Shown in pieces: positions 35,767-44,821 of a stretch of 64,000 nucleotides of DNA (the first letter of the stretch is position 1; each line of letters opens with the position of its first letter). Position numbers and translations under genes: made by a program. The notes beneath the pieces were generated by a model, which was not told the origin of the DNA, did not search any database, and saw only the letters and a program-made list of their open reading frames with translations. Where the stretch lies: IMG/VR virus record IMGVR_UViG_3300003663_000013. One strand, 5' to 3'. This stretch comes from a virus.

Positions 35767-36068
35767 AAATAAAACTTGATACTATTAATAAAACCATTGA
35801 TTTGGAAGAAAGTGTTAACTTAAATGATTTATTTAATCATCTTAATATTTTTCTTCCTAATAATCTTTGGAAGGAATACACTTTAAATATGAATGCTACT
35901 ATATATTGGACTAATCCTATTGTTATTGAGACTCCAGTATATCCTCATTCTCCCACTACTATTCCTTATCCTTGGATTACTTATCAAAGTGGTACAGGAG
36001 ATAATGAATTTATTAAAGAACCTACTATTACAAGTGGTGTTTATTGTATTGAAACTAAAATTCAATAA
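35763..36068 (+). CDS. hypothetical protein
   Basis: ATG at 35763 overlaps the previous stop (ATGA). Preferred over the track start at 35727. Confidence 0.45.
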   Translation: MKIKLDTINKTIDLEESVNLNDLFNHLNIFLPNNLWKEYTLNMNATIYWTNPIVIETPVYPHSPTTIPYPWITYQSGTGDNEFIKEPTITSGVYCIETKIQ

Positions 36069-36070
36069 TT

Positions 36071-36688
36071 ATGAGTACAATTAAAATTAAAAGTAAATTT
36101 CATTGGTTACTTGATAATGGTCATGGAGGAATAATTAATGGTGAATATCAGACAGCAGGTAAACGTTCTCCTATCTATGATGGTAAACAAATATTTGAAG
36201 GCGTTTATAATCGTGAAATTGTTCAAATGGTATATAAATACCTTAAAGGGAATAATATTGATTCTACTATTTTAGTTCCTGAACAAGAAGATGTTTCTTT
36301 AAAAGAAAGAGTTGTAAGAACTAATAAAATATATAAAGAAAAAAGCAATACTATTTTAGTTTCCTTCCATCTTAATGCAGGAGGTGGTACTGGATTTGAA
36401 GTTTATACTTCTAAAGGAGAAACCTTTAGTGATAAAATTGCCACTATGTTTATTAATTATTGGGAACAAAATACTAATTTTAAAATACGCAAAGATTATT
36501 CTGATGATGATCCTGATAAAGAAGCCGACTTTTATATTTTAAAATACACCTATTGTCCTGCTATTTTGGTTGAAAGTTTATTTATGGATAATAAAAATGA
36601 CTTTGATTATTTAATTTCTGAAGAAGGAAAACGTAAAATTGCAGAAAACCATATAAATTCTATTATAAATTGTGAAAAATATTTGTAA
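36071..36688 (+). CDS. N-acetylmuramoyl-L-alanine amidase (Amidase_3-type endolysin)
   Basis: Motifs LLDNGHGG, SFHLNAGGGTGFEVY and ILVESLFMDN. Confidence 0.75.
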   Translation: MSTIKIKSKFHWLLDNGHGGIINGEYQTAGKRSPIYDGKQIFEGVYNREIVQMVYKYLKGNNIDSTILVPEQEDVSLKERVVRTNKIYKEKSNTILVSFHLNAGGGTGFEVYTSKGETFSDKIATMFINYWEQNTNFKIRKDYSDDDPDKEADFYILKYTYCPAILVESLFMDNKNDFDYLISEEGKRKIAENHINSIINCEKYL

Positions 36689-36725
36689 AAATATGTAATT
36701 TTTTCTTATTCATTATCAACACTTT

Positions 36726-36757
36726 AAAGGAACATTGTAAAATTTGTTCCTTTTTTT
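36726..36757 (+). terminator. rho-independent terminator
   Basis: 9-bp stem AAAGGAACA / TGTTCCTTT followed by a T-run. Duplicated at 38468-38499. Confidence 0.7.
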
Positions 36758-36768
36758 ATGTAAAAAGT

Positions 36769-36799
36769 TTTGTATTTAAAAATATAGTTTATATATTTA
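36769..36799 (+). promoter_or_regulatory. Bacteroidetes-type promoter
   Basis: TTTG at 36769-36772 and TATATTTA at 36792-36799 with a 19-nt spacer. Confidence 0.5.
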
Positions 36800-36849
36800 T
36801 ATCGTTAAACAAAACAAAAAACACATTATTAACTAAAAAACTAAAAGTC

Positions 36850-37233
36850 ATGAAAATCACTAAAATTAACACAAAACAAGCTAATGAACTTAAACAACCA
36901 TTTTTGACATCTGCAGATAAAAAAAGATTAGGCGTAACAGGTTACAAAAATATATCAGTGTTCGGATGGTATTTTCAAAAAGAAACGGAAAAGGCTATTC
37001 TTTTCACAGGAATACAAGACATTGGTGATTATTATAACAGAAGTAAAGAAGAAGTTAAATTGTGGTTACCAAAGAGTCAGTTGTTGGTTTTTGAATATAT
37101 AGACGATGAATTAATTTTTGATGGATATACAACTGAAGAGGCAAAAACTAAAATATTTTTTGTGAAAACCTGGCTTTACAATAAAAAAAGAAATGATATA
37201 GAACTTACTCATTTTAAAAATTCTGCATTATAA
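36850..37233 (+). CDS. hypothetical protein (small-gene array member)
   Basis: 127-aa ORF preceded by the conserved leader ATTATTAACTAAAAAACTAAAAGTC. Confidence 0.5.
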   Translation: MKITKINTKQANELKQPFLTSADKKRLGVTGYKNISVFGWYFQKETEKAILFTGIQDIGDYYNRSKEEVKLWLPKSQLLVFEYIDDELIFDGYTTEEAKTKIFFVKTWLYNKKRNDIELTHFKNSAL

Positions 37234-37269
37234 AAATTAAATAAATTATTAACTAAAAAACTAAAAGTC

Positions 37270-37593
37270 GTGAAAACAATAGAAATTAATTTAAACGATT
37301 TTTTCAAAAACTTAGAAAAAAATTATTTCGAATACACAGGAATGTTTATCCCTCACCATTTTATTGCAATTGATTTTGATGAAGAAAACGAAAAAACAAG
37401 AATTTATGACGCAGTTGTAGCATCTGCAAACTCTTATATAAATTATGAAGGAATTAAAATCTGGACAAATAATAATCGAAACAAATTAAGCAAAAAAAAG
37501 GTTTTCGATGAATGTGAATTTGCTCTAATAACTAATATTATCGATGTATTAAATTATAGATATCCAGATTACAATTTTAAATTAAAAAATTAA
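37270..37593 (+). CDS. hypothetical protein (GTG start, same conserved leader)
   Basis: The same 25-nt leader occurs at 37245-37269, with GTG at the position of the ATG. Confidence 0.45.
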   Translation: MKTIEINLNDFFKNLEKNYFEYTGMFIPHHFIAIDFDEENEKTRIYDAVVASANSYINYEGIKIWTNNNRNKLSKKKVFDECEFALITNIIDVLNYRYPDYNFKLKN

Positions 37594-37605
37594 AAAATTA
37601 AAGTC

Positions 37606-37785
37606 ATGGAAACACGAATTATAAAAATCGATAACATCATGTATCTTAACGCTGAAATTGATATGTTTCATAACGCTGGTTATCAGGTTTGCAAAAGAAA
37701 TGAAAAGCCTTGTTTGAAAATTATTTTTAAGGAAAGTGCGTCGTATAACAGGCGCCAAAAAACAGTTTATTTCAAAAGAAATTAA
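37606..37785 (+). CDS. small hypothetical protein
   Basis: 59-aa ORF (translated by eye) after the partial leader AAAAATTAAAGTC. Confidence 0.35.
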   Translation: METRIIKIDNIMYLNAEIDMFHNAGYQVCKRNEKPCLKIIFKESASYNRRQKTVYFKRN

Positions 37786-37817
37786 AAAACAAATTATTAA
37801 CTAAAAAACAAAAAGTT

Positions 37818-38195
37818 ATAAAAACAAAAAATTACAAAATTGAAATTGAAGAAATAACAAGAGAATGGTCGGAAGATGCTTATTCTTATAATGTTTTAGG
37901 AACTAATATTAAAGGTGAGTGTGAGGGTGAAAATGAAGCCTTCATATATGCTAAAAAAGAAATTGATAAAATTAAACAAGAAAAAAAAGAAACAATTAGC
38001 ATTACTGGGGAATATGAAGGTAAAAAAACAATTATTGAATTTGAATATTCAGACCTTGAAAATTTTTATAAAATTTCAACAGATTTAAAAGATTTTTTAT
38101 CTAAAATTTCAGAAGCATGTTCAGGTGAAGGAGAGTCTGATATTTTAATTCAAAGAGATGTTAATAAATTAACTGATTGGTATATGTATTATTAA
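37818..38195 (+). CDS. hypothetical protein with ATA at the expected start position (non-canonical start or pseudogene)
   Basis: 125-codon open frame with no ATG/GTG/TTG until its last few codons. The conserved leader at 37793-37817 places ATA where its paralogous neighbours have ATG or GTG. Confidence 0.35.
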   Translation: MKTKNYKIEIEEITREWSEDAYSYNVLGTNIKGECEGENEAFIYAKKEIDKIKQEKKETISITGEYEGKKTIIEFEYSDLENFYKISTDLKDFLSKISEACSGEGESDILIQRDVNKLTDWYMYY

Positions 38196-38216
38196 AACAA
38201 TATTAGCTTCCTAATC

Positions 38217-38417
38217 ATGAAAACTTTAATCAATACAATAACAGAACAAACTCAAGAATTAAAGATTAAATTTTTAGAACAAACTGAAGAATGGACTAAA
38301 AAGGAAATTGAAAGATTAATTAATGTCTCAGAAAAATATAAAACTTCAAAACATTATAGTGAAGAGAATGGTTATATTAGTGAAAGAAAAGCATATAAAT
38401 TCTATTATGAATTGTGA
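38217..38417 (+). CDS. hypothetical protein
   Basis: 66-aa ORF. Its 3' end enters the duplicated 133-bp block. Confidence 0.45.
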   Translation: MKTLINTITEQTQELKIKFLEQTEEWTKKEIERLINVSEKYKTSKHYSEENGYISERKAYKFYYEL

Positions 38418-38467
38418 AAAATATCTATAAAAATATGTAATTTTTTCTCATTCATTATCAACACTTT

Positions 38468-38499
38468 AAAGGAACATTTTAAAATTTGTTCCTTTTTTT
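38468..38499 (+). terminator. rho-independent terminator (duplicate of 36726-36757)
   Basis: Same AAAGGAACA / TGTTCCTTT stem plus a T-run. Confidence 0.7.
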
Positions 38500-38510
38500 A
38501 TGTAAAAAGT

Positions 38511-38541
38511 TTTGTATTTAAAAATATAGTTTATATATTTA
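38511..38541 (+). promoter_or_regulatory. Bacteroidetes-type promoter (duplicate of 36769-36799)
   Basis: TTTG at 38511-38514 and TATATTTA at 38534-38541 with a 19-nt spacer. Confidence 0.5.
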
Positions 38542-38574
38542 TGCCATCAAACAAACACAAAAAAACATACTATT

Positions 38575-38964
38575 ATGTATATAGAAAAGAAAAGACAAAT
38601 GGAATTGAGAAAATTTATAGCAACAACTATTAGAGAATATCTTAATGAGAATGTGAATAATATTACATATAGTAACATATTGAGTAATATTGACATTGTT
38701 AAAGATATTAACTTAACCAAAAAATTAATGTCATTATCTTACAAAGAATTATCAGGAGGAATAAAAGCTGTTTGGAATTACCCCAATGAAAATCCAAGTA
38801 ATGTCGTAATTGCTTTTGAGAATAGTGAGCCAATTGGTGTTATTACGAATACAAATGGTCATCAAAATATATTTATTAAACCAGAATATAGAAAATTAGG
38901 AATAGGTTCAAAATTAAAGGATATTATGTATAATAGGAAAACATCAATCGAAGCACTTCCGTAG
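38575..38964 (+). CDS. small GNAT-like acetyltransferase candidate
   Basis: IFIKPEYRKLGIGSKL resembles GNAT motif A. Confidence 0.4.
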   Translation: MYIEKKRQMELRKFIATTIREYLNENVNNITYSNILSNIDIVKDINLTKKLMSLSYKELSGGIKAVWNYPNENPSNVVIAFENSEPIGVITNTNGHQNIFIKPEYRKLGIGSKLKDIMYNRKTSIEALP

Positions 38965-39202
38965 TATTGGTGCTAACAATAGAATTAAACAATATTGATA
39001 TTGATGAATTGCCTAAAAATGTAAAAATTCCAAATGAAACCACATTTGTAATGAGTTTAGAAGATGCAAAACATTTAAAGGCATTTTTAGATGTTGCTCT
39101 AAATAATGTTTAATTAATACTAAACTATATTACACCACCTCCTACTGAAACAAATAGGAGGATTTGGTGGTAGAAACATATTATTAATTAAAACTTAGCA
39201 TT

Positions 39203-39682
39203 ATGATACTTAGTAACAATTTTTTACAAGAAATTAAGGAGCACAATTTTGATATAATGTTTTGCAATTATGATACTATGAATGAATGTAGTATTGAAGA
39301 GGCAAACGCTATAAATATAAGTTGTTTGTCTGATCCCGCTTTGATTCCATTAGGCACATTTATAAAGTGTCCTAAAAAGAAGCCATTAACATTAGACTGG
39401 ATAATGAACAAAATAAATAAAGAAAGTCAATTTATTAATCTAAGTAAGTATATGAGTAAATTATTAAACATTGGTGGTTTAACGGTTTATCCTACTTCTT
39501 ACGGTGTGGGCATGTTTCGATTATTCGGTATTGATAAAAAAGAACTAAATCGAATACATGAGTTTTTTAAATCAAATAATATTGAGTATACTAATGAATA
39601 TTCAAATGCACGTTATGTTTATAGGTTTAAAATATCAAAAAAACAAGACAATATTAAAAAAATTGAAAATTTAGTAAAATAA
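39203..39682 (+). CDS. hypothetical protein
   Basis: 159-aa ORF. Confidence 0.5.
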   Translation: MILSNNFLQEIKEHNFDIMFCNYDTMNECSIEEANAINISCLSDPALIPLGTFIKCPKKKPLTLDWIMNKINKESQFINLSKYMSKLLNIGGLTVYPTSYGVGMFRLFGIDKKELNRIHEFFKSNNIEYTNEYSNARYVYRFKISKKQDNIKKIENLVK

Positions 39683-39700
39683 CAATTAAAAACAACAGAT

Positions 39701-39871
39701 ATGCAAGGATTGATAGATTATAAAACAGCTAAAAAAATTATTAATAAATACCCGAATGCGGATGAGTATATAATTGACAGGGTAATGGATTTGAAAATTA
39801 AAGAATCGCTTTATTTTCAACCAAACAGAGACGATCACACAAGTAAGGGAATAATAACAAGAACATTTTAA
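39701..39871 (+). CDS. small hypothetical protein
   Basis: 56-aa ORF (translated by eye) that ends just before the terminator hairpins. Confidence 0.3.
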   Translation: MQGLIDYKTAKKIINKYPNADEYIIDRVMDLKIKESLYFQPNRDDHTSKGIITRTF

Positions 39872-39903
39872 CCCTGCCAGTTCCGCTAAGTCTGGCGGAG
39901 TTC

Positions 39904-39935
39904 AGCCCGTTAAACTTTCGAGTTGCGGGCTTTTA
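39904..39935 (+). terminator. rho-independent terminator candidate
   Basis: Stem AGCCCG / CGGGCT followed by TTTTAT, preceded by a second GC-rich hairpin (39876-39896). Confidence 0.5.
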
Positions 39936-39997
39936 TAGGTGTAAAAAGTAAATTTTAGTAAATCGTAAATTATTAATCGGTAAACAAAACACACAAA

Positions 39998-41011
39998 ATG
40001 AAATCTTTAAAAATTCAATCATTCATTGCAAGTTTTTTTAGTGTAGTATTTTCTTTAAGTATTGCTAAACAACTTGTTGGGATAGTATCTAGTTGGGTAC
40101 TTGTCCTATTGTACATCTTCACCATTCTCTTTTTACTTTATAATGAAAATCGTAAAGTAAAAGAATTAAGACGTAAAGCAATTGGTAGAAACTTTTCATG
40201 GTATACTATTGTTTTTACCCTGTTTATTTCAATTTCTATGTCTTCCCTTGGTATTTACCTTTGGACTAATAAAACGTTTGAAAAATCACTTGTAAATGAT
40301 GAAAATAAGGTAAATGACATTACTCAAGTAGAATCAGAATATAATAAGCGTATAGATGAACTTCGTTCTTCTTCTATTAGTTCTGAAGAATATCTTCAAT
40401 TGAAAAAAGATATTGAATGGTGGAAACGTAGAAGACCTGCTGATTTAGAAGAAAGAGCAGAGAGGAATAATCAAATTGCTATTTTACAAGAACGCCTTAA
40501 TGATGTATTGAGTCAGTATTCTACTCAAAAACAAAATCAACTAGACTTACTTCTATTAGAAAAAGAACAAAAGTTAAATGAAGTAAAAACTTCTTATAGT
40601 GGTAAGGCTCGTAAATTAACATTTGACAACTATATTTCTTTTATTTTTATTATCCTTGTTTTTATCACCGAGTTTATTATTATTAATATTCAATCTGAAA
40701 TTGGTAGATATTATAAAGAAACTGATTCTAAGGAATTAAAGATAATAAAAGACTTATTGAATCAGGGTTTAAAGGAGATTACAATTGACGATATTACTTA
40801 TTCTCAATTTGCAGAAGATTTTACTTACAAACAAAGTAAAAAACTCTTTAATCTTCTATTAACCCTTGAAATTTTAACAGATCGTAAAAATAAGGAAGTT
40901 GGTAAGGGTGAGAGTAGAAAGTCTGTTATTTACGCTAATTTTATTGAAAAAAAGGATGCTTTACGTAAACTTAGAGATTATTATTTTAGATTAAATAACC
41001 TTAAAAAATAA
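39998..41011 (+). CDS. membrane protein with coiled-coil domain
   Basis: Several N-terminal hydrophobic segments, a central charged coiled coil and another hydrophobic segment. Confidence 0.55.
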   Translation: MKSLKIQSFIASFFSVVFSLSIAKQLVGIVSSWVLVLLYIFTILFLLYNENRKVKELRRKAIGRNFSWYTIVFTLFISISMSSLGIYLWTNKTFEKSLVNDENKVNDITQVESEYNKRIDELRSSSISSEEYLQLKKDIEWWKRRRPADLEERAERNNQIAILQERLNDVLSQYSTQKQNQLDLLLLEKEQKLNEVKTSYSGKARKLTFDNYISFIFIILVFITEFIIINIQSEIGRYYKETDSKELKIIKDLLNQGLKEITIDDITYSQFAEDFTYKQSKKLFNLLLTLEILTDRKNKEVGKGESRKSVIYANFIEKKDALRKLRDYYFRLNNLKK

Positions 41012-41016
41012 AACAC

Positions 41017-41262
41017 ATGGGAACAACATTAATACAAATAAGAAAAGGCGATACAGTAATATATGAGCCTAAAAACAGAGCAATGGAAATGAAAGTTGTA
41101 GACTATCAACTAACTCCTAATGGAATGAATAATCCTAAATTAGTTTGTGTAATAACAGCTATGAGAGAAGATGGTTTTGAAGTTAATGCTACTTCTGATA
41201 AATTTATTTCTTTAAGTGAAGGAAATTATATTGATAAATATCAAAAATTTAATACTAAGTAA
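41017..41262 (+). CDS. hypothetical protein
   Basis: 81-aa ORF. Confidence 0.45.
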   Translation: MGTTLIQIRKGDTVIYEPKNRAMEMKVVDYQLTPNGMNNPKLVCVITAMREDGFEVNATSDKFISLSEGNYIDKYQKFNTK

Positions 41263-41264
41263 TC

Positions 41265-41390
41265 ATGAAAACAATACTTTTAACACTATTAATAGTAGGA
41301 ATATTAAGTTTTATCTTAATATGTTCTGTTATTGTAGCAACAACAGCTTATAAGAGAAGAAATAATCTTTTTATGGAGGACGAATCATGA
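41265..41390 (+). CDS. small single-pass membrane protein
   Basis: 41-aa hydrophobic ORF (translated by eye) that overlaps the next start (ATGA). Confidence 0.3.
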   Translation: MKTILLTLLIVGILSFILICSVIVATTAYKRRNNLFMEDES

Positions 41391-41638
41391 AACTAAAATA
41401 CAGAATAAAAGAATGGAAACACCCATTTGCTAAAGATTTCTACACAGCACAATATAGAATTTTAGGCATTTGGATGAATATAAATAGTATGGGTGTTGGT
41501 AGATTATTCCAACCTTCCTCTACTATGTGTGAAACTTTTCAAGAAGCCAAACAACGTGTTAAACAACATCAGTTAAATATGGAAAGAGCAGGTGATATTG
41601 TGAGAAGATTTGGTGTTACTGTTTGGGAAAGTAAATAA
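41387..41638 (+). CDS. hypothetical protein
   Basis: 83-aa ORF. Confidence 0.45.
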   Translation: MKLKYRIKEWKHPFAKDFYTAQYRILGIWMNINSMGVGRLFQPSSTMCETFQEAKQRVKQHQLNMERAGDIVRRFGVTVWESK

Positions 41639-41643
41639 AAAAT

Positions 41644-41674
41644 TTTGATTTTAAAAATATATAAACTATATTTA
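41644..41674 (+). promoter_or_regulatory. Bacteroidetes-type promoter
   Basis: TTTG at 41644-41647 and TATATTTA at 41667-41674 with a 19-nt spacer. The ATG at 41679 is only 4 nt downstream, so the mRNA may be leaderless. Confidence 0.45.
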
Positions 41675-41678
41675 TCGT

Positions 41679-41999
41679 ATGATTTCAAAGATAAAAATAA
41701 AAGGTTCAACAAGTTTATACGAGAACACATCTATTCAATTCACTCCAATAGGAATGTATGTTAGAGTAAGTGTAAATATCTCTCCTGAACTTATTCCTTT
41801 TCTTTCACCTAATAATGTAGAAAAAGGAGAAACACACTGGGTATATTGTTTAAAACATCACATTAAAAATAAAAATATATGTGATATAAGTTTTAAACAC
41901 GTACAAGAAACGCTCTTAAATCGTTGTATGATAAGTGTTCGTAAAGCAAAGCAACAACTATTACAAAAAGAAATAAATGTATTATCACTAAAAAATTAA
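41679..41999 (+). CDS. hypothetical protein
   Basis: 106-aa ORF. Confidence 0.45.
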   Translation: MISKIKIKGSTSLYENTSIQFTPIGMYVRVSVNISPELIPFLSPNNVEKGETHWVYCLKHHIKNKNICDISFKHVQETLLNRCMISVRKAKQQLLQKEINVLSLKN

Positions 42000-42003
42000 T
42001 AAA

Positions 42004-42444
42004 ATGAGTTTAGATGTAAGTTTAAATAGAAGATTAGATAATTATAATGAATTATCAATTGAACAAAAATCATATTTCCATAGAGAATATGCTGATTATA
42101 TAACATGGGAAGGAGATGAATTATCTTTTGATGAGTGGTTTAAAGAAAATGGAACAGAAGAAATATTCAGTGCCAATATCACTCACAATTTAAATACAAT
42201 GGCAGATAAAGCAAGAATTTATGAAGCTTTATGGAGACCAGAAGAAATAAAGGCTAAACAAGCTAAAGACATTATTCCTATTTTAGAAAAAGGATTAAAA
42301 AAATTAAAAGAAAAACCAGAGTATTTTAAACAATTTGATGCAGAGAATGGATGGGGGACTTATAAAGATTTTATTCCTTGGGTTGAAAATTATTTAGAAG
42401 CCTGTAAAGAGTATCCAGAAGCAGAAATATATGTAAATCGTTAA
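42004..42444 (+). CDS. hypothetical protein
   Basis: 146-aa ORF. Confidence 0.5.
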   Translation: MSLDVSLNRRLDNYNELSIEQKSYFHREYADYITWEGDELSFDEWFKENGTEEIFSANITHNLNTMADKARIYEALWRPEEIKAKQAKDIIPILEKGLKKLKEKPEYFKQFDAENGWGTYKDFIPWVENYLEACKEYPEAEIYVNR

Positions 42445-42461
42445 CATAAAAAAATAAAATC

Positions 42462-42674
42462 ATGAAAAGAAATTACAGAAAAATATCAATAATGGATTTT
42501 TCTTTTAGAAAAACAGGAAGTGGACACTACTATGTAACTTATACAAGTCCTAACACAGGAAACAGTTGGAGTAAGACAATAACAGATATGACCATTATAG
42601 ATGCAACCAAAAACGAAGACTTTCCTAAAAAGAAAGATTTAGAACATTTAAAGAAATTAATAAAACGTAAATAA
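42462..42674 (+). CDS. hypothetical protein
   Basis: 70-aa ORF. Confidence 0.45.
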   Translation: MKRNYRKISIMDFSFRKTGSGHYYVTYTSPNTGNSWSKTITDMTIIDATKNEDFPKKKDLEHLKKLIKRK

Positions 42675-42781
42675 ACACATCTTAGAGCTTCATATATCAA
42701 TTTTAAGTTAAATCTAATAGATTATATTAAAAAGAAAAGATAATTGAAATATGACCGTTATAATTAACAAATAAAACAAAT

Positions 42782-42994
42782 ATGAAAGTATTTATGATAA
42801 CAAAAATGAATAATGGTAAAAAATCATATCATTGTTCAAATTGTGGAGCAAATAGAAAGTATAGAGAAACAATTTGCCATGAATGTGGTGGACAATATGA
42901 AGATTGTACTTGTACTACATGTTGGCAAAGAGAAGAGTGTGAATTTGCCTTTGATTCTTACAATATGTGGGGAGATTGTTTAAAAAATAAATAA
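42782..42994 (+). CDS. Cys-rich small protein
   Basis: 70 aa with CSNC...CHEC...CTCTTC...C. Confidence 0.45.
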   Translation: MKVFMITKMNNGKKSYHCSNCGANRKYRETICHECGGQYEDCTCTTCWQREECEFAFDSYNMWGDCLKNK

Positions 42995-43139
42995 GTATCA
43001 ATGAATTATAAATAATTTTTATTATCTTTACCGTTACTTCAAGATGGGACAGGGAGTGGCTTCCTTTCTAAGAATACCTTACCTATTCTGGATTACCATC
43101 AGAAGTTTTAATTGGTAAGGAATTTTAAAACTTAATTGC

Positions 43140-43862
43140 ATGAAAAAACAGGATTATCTTAATGAAATTTTTAAAATAATAGATTCTATTCCTAAAGATT
43201 TTAGTGATTGGACTTTTCTAAAAAACAGTATAATTACTAAGATAACTGAAACAAAGAAAAATAATAGGAGTTGTATTTGTTGTAATGGTATTGATGAAAA
43301 TTCTTTAAAAAACACAAATTTAAAACCACATTCAATAAGAATATTACGTGATCAAGCAATAGATTGTAATAAAAAATTAAAGTATAAATTAAAAACTTAT
43401 AGTAATTTTTTGTGTAATGATTGTTTAATTAAATATAATATTAAAAAAAGACTTAAAGATCAAGACGTACAAAGAGAACAAGAACTTAAAGAAATACAGG
43501 CTGACCGTTCAAAAAGAAAACAACAATCAATAAGATTAAATGTAATTACAAAAGGGATTAAAGGATGGGCTTCTCCATATCAAAGGTTGGATTTTGCAGG
43601 AGATTATATGAAGAATAATCCAGAAAAAGCTAAAGAAATAATAAATTTACCATACAAAGATTACTTAAACCATTGGTATTGGTGGGCAGTTTCTCAATAT
43701 GTAAAACACAGGAATCCTACTTGTTCTTTCTGTAATAACACAGAAAATTTGAATGTCCACCATAAAACTTATAAAAACAAGGGGAAAGAATATCTTACGT
43801 GGAGAGAAGATTTGGTGGTTTTATGTAAAGATCACCATAGAATGGTTCATAACATAAAATAA
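43140..43862 (+). CDS. HNH endonuclease
   Basis: C-terminal motif CSFCNNTENLNVHHKTY...LCKDHHRMVH. Confidence 0.7.
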   Translation: MKKQDYLNEIFKIIDSIPKDFSDWTFLKNSIITKITETKKNNRSCICCNGIDENSLKNTNLKPHSIRILRDQAIDCNKKLKYKLKTYSNFLCNDCLIKYNIKKRLKDQDVQREQELKEIQADRSKRKQQSIRLNVITKGIKGWASPYQRLDFAGDYMKNNPEKAKEIINLPYKDYLNHWYWWAVSQYVKHRNPTCSFCNNTENLNVHHKTYKNKGKEYLTWREDLVVLCKDHHRMVHNIK

Positions 43863-43868
43863 AAGATA

Positions 43869-44306
43869 ATGAAAAAAGATAATAGAGGTAAAAAACCAAA
43901 AACATCTATTCAAGATAAAATAAAAAAGTTTCACAAGGACGATAGTGAATATCGTTATTTATATCATATACCTGCTATAAATCAAAAAGCAGTGATTGAT
44001 AATGAATGGGATTTAGATATTGTAGACTTAACAGTTTTCTATGCTATCAAAAGTTTTATTTTGAGTAAAAAATGCATAAAAACAACAGAGAACAATGTGG
44101 ATTGGTATTATATAAAAGAAGAAAAAATACTTAGCGATGTACCACTACTTCCATTGGCAAGTGCAAGTGCTGTTTCTAAAAGAATAAATAACTTATGTAA
44201 GTTTAAATTATTAGAGAGAAAGTCTGATAATAAAGAGACTGGAAGAAAGTTACTTAGATTAGGAGACAATTATGAACTAATGATATATACAAAAAATGAA
44301 GCTTAA
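43869..44306 (+). CDS. hypothetical protein, possible winged-helix DNA-binding protein
   Basis: 145-aa ORF that ends exactly where the 3 x 22-bp repeats begin. Confidence 0.45.
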   Translation: MKKDNRGKKPKTSIQDKIKKFHKDDSEYRYLYHIPAINQKAVIDNEWDLDIVDLTVFYAIKSFILSKKCIKTTENNVDWYYIKEEKILSDVPLLPLASASAVSKRINNLCKFKLLERKSDNKETGRKLLRLGDNYELMIYTKNEA

Positions 44307-44361
44307 TATTATAATATCAAAGTCTTCATATTATAATATCGACATCTTCATATTATAATAT
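44306..44361. repeat. three iteron-like 22-bp direct repeats, each centred on the palindrome ATATTATAATAT
   Basis: The palindrome occurs at 44306-44317, 44328-44339 and 44350-44361, at exactly 22-bp phasing. Confidence 0.8.
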
Positions 44362-44443
44362 TAATAATAAAGAGTATTACTTATTATGAGCATTAATTAT
44401 ATATACCATATTCTATTTATTACATAAATAAAATATGTAAAAG

Positions 44444-44472
44444 GCAAATCAAAGATTTGCTTCTAAATTTTT
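44444..44472 (+). terminator. hairpin / terminator candidate
   Basis: 7-bp stem GCAAATC-aaa-GATTTGC followed by a T-rich tract. Confidence 0.4.
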
Positions 44473-44554
44473 AAAAAATTAAAACAATAGAGAAGAAAAT
44501 AAAATTATAGTAACTATAGATTTCACTCTATTAATAAAAAGAAAAAGATAACAA

Positions 44555-44821
44555 ATGAACAGAAAACACTACCCTACTACAATAAAAGAAAAAATAGGTT
44601 CTTTAACTTATAAAGGAAAGAAACTGGATGTATACGAAGTATGGAGATTATATCACACTAGAATAAGAAAACCAACAGAGGAAGAAAGAGAAATAAACAA
44701 TCTCCCTAATTCTTATTGGGAGTGTGAATGTGGATTTAACTCACTAACAGGAATGAGTAATATAAAAATAATAGAGGGAAGAACATATAGTTGTTGTTTC
44801 TTAGAATTAAAAGAAGTATAA
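44555..44821 (+). CDS. hypothetical protein
   Basis: 88-aa ORF. Its stop overlaps the RNase H start (TAATG). Confidence 0.45.
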   Translation: MNRKHYPTTIKEKIGSLTYKGKKLDVYEVWRLYHTRIRKPTEEEREINNLPNSYWECECGFNSLTGMSNIKIIEGRTYSCCFLELKEV

